Shown here piece by piece: positions 16,725 through 23,557 of a stretch of DNA of 64,000 bases. Each line of letters begins with the position of its first letter. Position 1 is the stretch's first letter. The position numbers were made by a program, and so were the translations under genes. The notes under the pieces are model-generated. The model worked only from the letters and a program-made list of their open reading frames with translations. It was not told where the DNA came from and searched no databases. The DNA is from Bacteroidales bacterium. GTDB taxonomy: Bacteria; Bacteroidota; Bacteroidia; Bacteroidales; ML635J-15. The stretch spans positions 29,627 through 93,626 of the forward strand of contig JAFZRE010000004.1 of assembly GCA_017620015.1 (NCBI GenBank). The letters run 5' to 3'.

Positions 16725-18839
16725 ATGAAAAGATTTTTACTTTCAGCAATTGCAATCTTTGCAATAAGTATGTGCAGCTTCGCACAAAGCATCGTGTGTA
16801 CCGACAATGCATGCACAGCAATTACCGACCAGACTTTCAGCAATACAAGCGTACCGTATTACTGTCCGCAGTCGCTTACATTCGAGCATGGACAAGCCGT
16901 TGATGTGTGTATTACTATCAAATGTCCGCAAACTACAAATGTTACTGTTTCTACAATGATTGGACCAGTAGATGCTGATGCTACGATTGAAAGTCTTACA
17001 ATAACAGGCTTTTCCAATATGCCAAACGGCTTGACTTACTGCGTAAACAGAGTTGATATGGATCCGACAAACTATAATTATGCAACTATTCACATTACAG
17101 GTACAGCTCCTTCAACAAATGGAGACTATAATCTTGAAATGTCCTGTTATTTCACAGGTACGGCAAGCGCATACGGATTTAGCAACAATTTTGACAATGA
17201 AGCTATTAGTTTTACAACTGGTATTGTCCTAACCATTGGAGAAGGAAACGATACTCCTGAGCCATCGGAAATTGTTTGCGACGAACCATGTCCAGCCGTA
17301 ACCAACCAGCCGATGAGCCAGACAACAATCCCATACTATGCCCCCGAAGAGCTTAACTACAATGTGAACGAAGCCGTTGATGTTTGCATCACCATCCAAT
17401 GCCCGGCAAATACCAATGTCGAATATATGGGAATGCAGGCTGCCGCAACAATTACAAGCTTGACAATCACAGGTTTTGCCAACTTACCAGAAGGACTTTC
17501 ATACTGCGTAAGCCGTACCGAGATGGACCCGACAACCAACAATTTCGCAACATTGCATCTTACAGGAACACCAACCACGGCAGGCGAATACAACCTTAAC
17601 CTTTCGTGCAATGTAACAGGAACAGCAAATGTTTTTGGAAGTGATATGCCCCTTAACAATCAAGCAATAACATTCCCGACTGGCATCGTTGTAACAATCG
17701 AGGAAGAAACTTCAGAATTTATTGAGGCTCATTTCACCGCTAATCCCGAAATACATGACAACTACGGAGATATGGGGTTCGTTTCAATCTATCAAGGCGA
17801 ATCCATTACATTCACTAATGCCAGTACAAATGCCCATCATATAGTTTGGACATTTACAGGTGGTGATATTGAAACCTCTACAGAAAATGTAGTAACAGTG
17901 ACTTACGCAGAAGTTGGTTCTTTTTCTACAACTCTTACTGCATACAATGCTGATGAATCAGAAAGTAGCACTAAGACCGTAACCATTGGAGTAACACCAC
18001 AGCCACAAAATGAAGTTGTTGCCAATTTCACAACCAATCCCGAAGCAACCCAACTGCTCGGCGGTTCATCAATTTATATTACTGCTGGCGAAACAATTAC
18101 CTACACCAATACCAGTGAAAACGCAACAAGCATAGCATGGACATTCGAAGGAGGAAGCCCAGAAACTTCAACAGACAATACCGTCGAAGTAACTTACGCA
18201 ACAGCAGGAGTATATACCACTACACTTGTTGCATACGGAGGAAACAACACGCCAAGTGTAAAGACCGTAGGTGTAAATGTAAGCGAACCGCAACCACAGA
18301 ATGAAGTTGTTGCTGATTTTACTACAAATCCCGGAGCAACAGACGGAATAATATATATTCTTATGGGAGAAACAATAACATTTACTAATACAAGCATTAA
18401 TGCTCATCATATTTTATGGACATTCCCGGGCGGAAATCCAGAATCATCCAATGAGAATGTAGTTACTGTTGAATATTTGGATCTCAATCATACTGCCGAT
18501 TATACAACAACAGCAACACTTACTGCATACAACGAAGATGAATCTGAAAGTGACACGAAAACCATACCTATATATGTTTTTGTAATATATGATAATGTTG
18601 ACGAATCCGCTATCAGCGAAATCAGTGTTTATCCTAACCCGACAAGTTCTGTCATCAACATCTCTGCCGAAGGTATGCAGAACATTACCATCATCGATAT
18701 GACTGGTCGCGTAGTAATGAGCAAGGATGTAAACTCCAACTTCGAAACTATCAGCGCAGAAGGTTTTGCAAAGGCTAACTATATGGTTAGAATCGCAACT
18801 GCCGATGGTGTGGTTGTAAAGAACATAGTTGTTGAATAA
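16725..18839 (+). CDS. T9SS-secreted surface protein, paralog 3: two tandem He_PIG-like N-modules, 3 PKD-like domains, T9SS CTD
   Basis: Signal peptide MKRFLLSAIAIFAISMCSFAQ. N-module motifs ..MPNGLTYCVNR..IHITGTAPSTNGDYNL and ..LPEGLSYCVSR..LHLTGTPTTAGEYNL. PKD units follow. The last 76 aa differ from paralog 2 at only 2 positions. Confidence 0.85.
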   Translation: MKRFLLSAIAIFAISMCSFAQSIVCTDNACTAITDQTFSNTSVPYYCPQSLTFEHGQAVDVCITIKCPQTTNVTVSTMIGPVDADATIESLTITGFSNMPNGLTYCVNRVDMDPTNYNYATIHITGTAPSTNGDYNLEMSCYFTGTASAYGFSNNFDNEAISFTTGIVLTIGEGNDTPEPSEIVCDEPCPAVTNQPMSQTTIPYYAPEELNYNVNEAVDVCITIQCPANTNVEYMGMQAAATITSLTITGFANLPEGLSYCVSRTEMDPTTNNFATLHLTGTPTTAGEYNLNLSCNVTGTANVFGSDMPLNNQAITFPTGIVVTIEEETSEFIEAHFTANPEIHDNYGDMGFVSIYQGESITFTNASTNAHHIVWTFTGGDIETSTENVVTVTYAEVGSFSTTLTAYNADESESSTKTVTIGVTPQPQNEVVANFTTNPEATQLLGGSSIYITAGETITYTNTSENATSIAWTFEGGSPETSTDNTVEVTYATAGVYTTTLVAYGGNNTPSVKTVGVNVSEPQPQNEVVADFTTNPGATDGIIYILMGETITFTNTSINAHHILWTFPGGNPESSNENVVTVEYLDLNHTADYTTTATLTAYNEDESESDTKTIPIYVFVIYDNVDESAISEISVYPNPTSSVINISAEGMQNITIIDMTGRVVMSKDVNSNFETISAEGFAKANYMVRIATADGVVVKNIVVE

Positions 18840-18861
18840 GTTATTGTCATAGTTTATATTA

Positions 18862-18893
18862 AAGGCGAGAGTATAATGCTTTCGCCTTTTTTT
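18862..18893 (+). terminator. Rho-independent terminator after paralog 3
   Basis: AAGGCGA..TCGCCTT hairpin followed by a T-run (18887-18893). Confidence 0.65.
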
Positions 18894-18915
18894 GTTATGC
18901 AAACGATTTATGTTG

Positions 18916-18923
18916 TATTTTTG
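18916..18923 (+). promoter_or_regulatory. Candidate -7 box (TATTTTTG)
   Basis: It lies 21 nt upstream of the ATG at 18945, which supports the shorter start. Confidence 0.4.
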
Positions 18924-18944
18924 AGGCAAGAATTTGACTGTAAA

Positions 18945-19736
18945 ATGGAAACTACAAACAATTATATGCAATCGGCTATCCTTCGGCATCTGGAAGATAT
19001 TGAAAAACAATACGATGTAAGAATACTACTGGCCGTTGAATCGGGAAGCAGGGCTAGAGGTCTTAATTCCAACGAAAGCGACTGGGATTTGCGGTTCGTC
19101 TATGTAAACAAACTCGACTGGTACCTTAGGGTGAACGAAGACCGCGATGTAATAGAAGAAATGTACGACGACAATGTTGACCTTGTTGGATGGGAATTGC
19201 GCAAGACACTACGTCTGTTCCAAAAGTCTAACCCATCGCTGATGGAATGGCTACATTCTCCAGTAATATATCGCGCCGACGAGGATTTCCTATCACGGAT
19301 GCTGGGTTTAGAAACCGTTTATTTCAACCCCATCAAAACAATGTACCACTACGAAAGCCTTTATATAAAGCACGACAAACGCTATCTTCAAGACTCTGCA
19401 AATCCGCTGAAGCGCTTTCTGCACTATCTGCGGGGAATATTGTCTTGCCGTTGGATAGAAAAGTTTAATACTATGCCCCCAATGCTTTTTAGCGAATTAG
19501 TGCAAGGCACTGTAGATGATGATTTTATACTCAAAGAAATTGACAAGTTAATTAACTTGAAAAAGCAAAGCAAGGGAAATGATAATCTTGAGGTAAATGC
19601 AAATCTAGTGGATTATGCACGTAATTTGGCAGAACATTTTGAACGAAACATTTCAAATTTCCGTCCCGACATGAACCACACCGGCAATGCAACGAACTTG
19701 GATGCACTGCTACAGGAAATGATATTGCGGAAATAG
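18945..19736 (+). CDS. Pol-beta-superfamily nucleotidyltransferase domain protein (PF10127/RlaP-like)
   Basis: ILLAVESGSRARGLNSNESDWDLRFVYV matches the GS-x9-12-D-x-D NTase signature. The start is set at METTNNY.. (18945) rather than 18876. Confidence 0.7.
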   Translation: METTNNYMQSAILRHLEDIEKQYDVRILLAVESGSRARGLNSNESDWDLRFVYVNKLDWYLRVNEDRDVIEEMYDDNVDLVGWELRKTLRLFQKSNPSLMEWLHSPVIYRADEDFLSRMLGLETVYFNPIKTMYHYESLYIKHDKRYLQDSANPLKRFLHYLRGILSCRWIEKFNTMPPMLFSELVQGTVDDDFILKEIDKLINLKKQSKGNDNLEVNANLVDYARNLAEHFERNISNFRPDMNHTGNATNLDALLQEMILRK

Positions 19737-19740
19737 TTCC

Positions 19741-20991
19741 CTACTCTATCACGAATCTAGCCGTCTTACGGCTCTTCTGCGTCATATAGACCTTATGCCC
19801 CGAAATCATTCGGTTGATGGCTTCGTCGGTGTAGTAGCGGATGGTGATAAGCTGCAGATTTTCGTTGTACTTCACAAAGTATTCCTTCTGCAAATCGGCG
19901 ACAAGAGCATCGAAGTTGCGGTTGTTGGCATCGATGGAAGCCGAAAAGTCGATTGCTGAGTTCTGCATCACATTCACCTTTACCTTGTACTTGGCAAACA
20001 GTCCGAAAATGTTGCTCATGTTCTCCTCCACGATGAACGAAAAGTCCTTCGGTGAAATCGAAATCAGCACTTGATTCTGCTTCAAGATGTACACTGGCAC
20101 AAGGTCGAGATAGTAGTCCAATTTGCGTATTACGGTTCCTTTTGCCGACGGGTCCTTGAACGAGCGCACATAAAGCGGAATGTTCTTGTTTTCGATAGGC
20201 TTGATGGTCTTGGGGTGGATGACCTTAGCTCCGTAGAAGGCAAGTTCGATGGCTTCGTGGAACGAGATTTCGTCCAACTTCTCGGCAAAGTCGCACCAAG
20301 CCGGGTCGGCGTTCATAATGCCTGGCACATCCTTCCAGATTGTAACGCTTTCGGCATCAATGATATGTGCAATCGACGAGGCCGAGTAGTCCGAACCCTC
20401 GCGTCCGAGCGTGGTGGTGTGATGGCTGATGTCGCTACCGATGAAGCCTTGCGTTACAAAAACATTGTTGTTTGCATCCGAAAATGCCTTGCGCACCTTC
20501 TTTTCCGAAAGTTTCCAGTCGATTTTCGCATCGCGGAAATTGGAGTCGGTGACCATATAGCGGCGTATGTCGATGAATTTGTTCTGTTTTCCCCTATAGC
20601 GAAGGTATTCCGAGAAAATGGTAGTGCTGAGAAGTTCGCCGTACGATACGATGGAGTCGTACTCGAAATCGTAATCGTCGGTTGGAATGCCGTCGATGCG
20701 TTCGGCAATTTCCTCGAAAAGCGCATTCAGCTTCTTGCATACTGTTTCGGTCTTGCCGCCAAAGGCTTCGGTGACATAGTCAAGATGGAACTTCTTGATG
20801 TTCTCGAACTCGACATTTTTCTGCTCGTCGCCGTTGAAATAGTAGTTGACGAGGCGTTCCAGATGGTTGGTTGTCTTGTCGATTGCCGAAACTACAATTA
20901 CCAGTTCGTTTTCGTCCTTTATTATGTTATAGACATTCTCTATTGCCTGTGGCGTCTTTACCGATGCACCGCCGAATTTATATACCTTCAT
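19741..20991 (-). CDS. lysC: Aspartate kinase
   Basis: MKVYKFGGASVKT.. N-terminal amino-acid-kinase motif, ..TLGREGSDYSA.., and C-terminal ACT-like repeats. Length is 416 aa. Confidence 0.85.
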   Translation of the reverse strand: MKVYKFGGASVKTPQAIENVYNIIKDENELVIVVSAIDKTTNHLERLVNYYFNGDEQKNVEFENIKKFHLDYVTEAFGGKTETVCKKLNALFEEIAERIDGIPTDDYDFEYDSIVSYGELLSTTIFSEYLRYRGKQNKFIDIRRYMVTDSNFRDAKIDWKLSEKKVRKAFSDANNNVFVTQGFIGSDISHHTTTLGREGSDYSASSIAHIIDAESVTIWKDVPGIMNADPAWCDFAEKLDEISFHEAIELAFYGAKVIHPKTIKPIENKNIPLYVRSFKDPSAKGTVIRKLDYYLDLVPVYILKQNQVLISISPKDFSFIVEENMSNIFGLFAKYKVKVNVMQNSAIDFSASIDANNRNFDALVADLQKEYFVKYNENLQLITIRYYTDEAINRMISGHKVYMTQKSRKTARFVIE

Positions 20992-21002
20992 ACAATTATT
21001 TT

Positions 21003-21112
21003 GTTTCTAAGTTTATATGGGCTACGCCCGTTTCTAAGTTTCTATGGCTAACGCCGTTTCTATGTTTCTCGCTACGCTGTTTGATGGCTAACGCCGTTTA
21101 TAAGTTTTTAAT
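21003..21112 (+). repeat. Tandem array of 22-27-bp units (GGCTAACGCCGTTTCTAAGTTTC family), 4 degenerate copies
   Basis: gtttctaagtttatatGGGCTACGCCCGTTTCTAAGTTTCtatGGCTAACGCCGTTTCTATGTTTCtcGCTACGCTGTTTGatGGCTAACGCCGTTTATAAGTTTTT. Related units occur at 1091-1150 and, inverted, at about 54045-54085. Confidence 0.75.
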
Positions 21113-21378
21113 GTTCAGGGTTTAACAGTTCAAAGTCGTAGCGACGCAACACTTTGCGTCGATTGTTTTTTATGGTTTGATATGACACTATTCCTTACCA
21201 TTGCTTTTCGTTTGTGTTGCAAACTTATATAAAAATTACGATTTATATGCCAGTGTAATAAAGAAAATTCATTGTTGACAATCAAATAGTTGCAAATTTT
21301 CTTTAGAAGACAAGATTCTTGATTATCTGCTGTTAACTCATTTTCCGAATCACTTAGCAGCAAGTTATATGGTGTAAT

Positions 21379-21945
21379 TTACAAACAGAATATTTTCGGT
21401 TCCCTGACCAGACGGTTCATGTCGTCAAGCAAGGCGGCGTTTGAGAAAACAATGCCGTTGCGTTCTACAGTACCGTAACCATTGTGTGCGTGACCGAAAA
21501 GATGGTAGCGGGGATTAACCTGCAAAATTCGGTTTCGCAATGGCGCATTTCCCCAATGTACTCCAGCCGACTCGTCGAGTATCATAATTGGCGGTTCGTG
21601 GGTGACCACCACATCAGCATCGGCAGGAATCAGCTCTTCCGGATGGTTGTACGCCAGCCCGAAGAACTTGACGCCATCGATTGTTACGCTTTTGTCCTGC
21701 AGGAAATGAACATTGTCGGGTAGGTCTTCGATGTTTTCCGCATCCCAGAGGCAAAGGTCGTGGTTGCCAGTTACGAAAATCTTGTGTTGGTAAGGCAGTT
21801 CTATCAGCCAGTTTAGAAAGTCGAGCACCTCTTCCTCGGTGCCACTATTGCTGATGTCACCGCTATGAACGATGACATCAGCACTTGGCAAGTCTTTTAT
21901 CTTTCGGTGAAGACCGTGAGTATCGGAGAGGTGGAGGAGTTTCAT
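21379..21945 (-). CDS. Metallophosphoesterase (calcineurin-like phosphoesterase superfamily)
   Basis: Motifs LSDTHG, HSGDISN, GNHD, VTHEPP and GHAHNG appear in the canonical order. Confidence 0.85.
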   Translation of the reverse strand: MKLLHLSDTHGLHRKIKDLPSADVIVHSGDISNSGTEEEVLDFLNWLIELPYQHKIFVTGNHDLCLWDAENIEDLPDNVHFLQDKSVTIDGVKFFGLAYNHPEELIPADADVVVTHEPPIMILDESAGVHWGNAPLRNRILQVNPRYHLFGHAHNGYGTVERNGIVFSNAALLDDMNRLVREPKIFCL

Positions 21946-21962
21946 AGATGCAATTATATAAA

Positions 21963-22826
21963 TTACAAGTTATATCTATCTTTCATATAATCCAAGTACT
22001 TCCCATGTTCTTGCATCTTCAATTTTAACTTGCTAAAAAATTCTTGATATGACATCGCTTTAAAATTTATGCAATCATCGAGATGCTTCTGAAAATCCTC
22101 CAATTCTTCACTATGCTTTTTCATTTCGTCAGAAGCAACGCAATAATACAAATAGCAAAGTTTATATTTTTTATTCTGACTAGACAAACCAAGCAAGTGC
22201 TTAATCAATTGAGCTGCATCAAGGTATTTATATGTATATGGGCAAACCCTAGCTATCTTATTCTCATCATATTTTTCTGTTTCCCAAGTATCAATCCATT
22301 CTTTTAACTTTGAGAAACGCTTTATTATAAATTCATAATTTGAATTCGGATCTAAGTATGACTGCTTCAAAAGTCTTGAATCTCCACTAACTTTTCCATA
22401 AGGTTCAGTGAACTTACTCTCAATAGCTATTAACTCATTAGCTCCCTCAATTACGAAATCCAAATTTGCAGGGAAACGATTACCAGTCTTTGTGCCTTTG
22501 ATTGGAAATTTATATTCAAAATCTCCATTCAAAGGATTATTCATCCTTACACCAAACACATCAGAAACAATATCCAACATTTGTTTTTCTAATAAATACT
22601 GAAAAACATTTACACAAAACGCAGAAGAAGAATGCAAAGCCCTCATTTTTGCTTTATCCGAGTCTATCAACTCATTACCATTTGCTTTTTTGAATCTGGC
22701 TTCTACTTTTTCAAGTAATTTATTACTAAAAATATTGTCATAAACATTTACACAATACAACCCTTTTGTTCCTATCTTATTCTTTGCCCAATCTTGTTGG
22801 TGCTTCTTAATTTCATTTACAATCAT
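21963..22826 (-). CDS. Hypothetical protein with a PD-(D/E)xK nuclease-like motif (orphan restriction-endonuclease-like)
   Basis: ..NLDFVIEGANELIAIESKFTEP.. gives D-x12-E-x-K in a predicted beta-hairpin context. The gene is very AT-rich compared with its neighbours. No adjacent DNA methyltransferase was seen. Confidence 0.5.
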   Translation of the reverse strand: MIVNEIKKHQQDWAKNKIGTKGLYCVNVYDNIFSNKLLEKVEARFKKANGNELIDSDKAKMRALHSSSAFCVNVFQYLLEKQMLDIVSDVFGVRMNNPLNGDFEYKFPIKGTKTGNRFPANLDFVIEGANELIAIESKFTEPYGKVSGDSRLLKQSYLDPNSNYEFIIKRFSKLKEWIDTWETEKYDENKIARVCPYTYKYLDAAQLIKHLLGLSSQNKKYKLCYLYYCVASDEMKKHSEELEDFQKHLDDCINFKAMSYQEFFSKLKLKMQEHGKYLDYMKDRYNL

Positions 22827-23111
22827 ATCTCAAAAATTTTAATTTATAATCCACAAATTTAATCATAAAGTACATATATCCTAACACATTATGCGAAAAA
22901 AGATTCTTTGTTGTAGTCACATAAACTTCCGTTTCAAAGGAGATTTCGGACAGGTTAATTCACACAGCTCTCCGTTCCGTATCGCTGGTTCATTATACCT
23001 TCCGAAATGACGGAGAGAAGTCATTCCACAAAGCTGAACAAACCGACTAAGGAACGTGTCGTGTGAGTTCGCTTGTGCGGAATCTCCTTCTTTGGACCCA
23101 TTATGCAATTT

Positions 23112-23549
23112 TCATTCAGATTTTCGCATCCTATCCCTTTCATCATCCACCTCCGTCCTGTACTTTTGCAGTTTCTGTTTTTCTGCGAGATACCACTTGG
23201 CTATGAGTTGCAACTGGTATTCGTAGGCAGTTCCCGGGTCAACAAGCAAACTTGCACCCAAAAAGTTCCCTAAAAAATGTTCGTACGCGACATAAAGCTC
23301 GACACCGTTATTGGCTTGCATCACTGGCTCCAAATATTTCGCCAGCATTAAACCAAACACAAACTGCTCCTCGGGCGTTGCATACTCCCTATAAACATCT
23401 GCCATTTTTTTCGCAGTTTCACCATCCAACCACAAACATTGATCCTCGTAGGGAGTTGTTGTAATTTCTTGCGCGTTAACACTCCGCACGCCAAACAATC
23501 CAATCACTAATACCAACAAAATGTTCACTACAATTCTTTTCATAATCAT
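23112..23549 (-). CDS. Small secreted hypothetical protein
   Basis: Signal peptide M(IM)KRIVVNILLVLVIGLFGVRSVNAQ, with no recognisable domain. It starts 9 nt after the stop of the DnaE-like gene. Confidence 0.6.
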   Translation of the reverse strand: MIMKRIVVNILLVLVIGLFGVRSVNAQEITTTPYEDQCLWLDGETAKKMADVYREYATPEEQFVFGLMLAKYLEPVMQANNGVELYVAYEHFLGNFLGASLLVDPGTAYEYQLQLIAKWYLAEKQKLQKYRTEVDDERDRMRKSE

Positions 23550-23557
23550 TCAACATT

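Noticed and set aside
20071-21051. 326-aa plus-strand ORF
   Set aside because: It is entirely antisense to the aspartate kinase gene and has no recognisable motifs. It is a typical shadow ORF.
21130-21363. 77-aa minus-strand ORF between the metallophosphoesterase gene and lysC
   Set aside because: It has no motifs, spans the GTAGCGACGC element and AT-rich spacer, and is probably non-coding.
22958-23007. Partial resemblance of the minus-strand sequence GGTATAATGAACCAGCGATACGGAA to the TPP-riboswitch P4/P5 segment (CUGGAUAAUGCCAGCGUAGGGAA)
   Set aside because: The obligatory CUGAGA/ACCC elements of the other arm are absent, the P5 stem would be only 2-3 bp, and no thiamine-related gene is adjacent.
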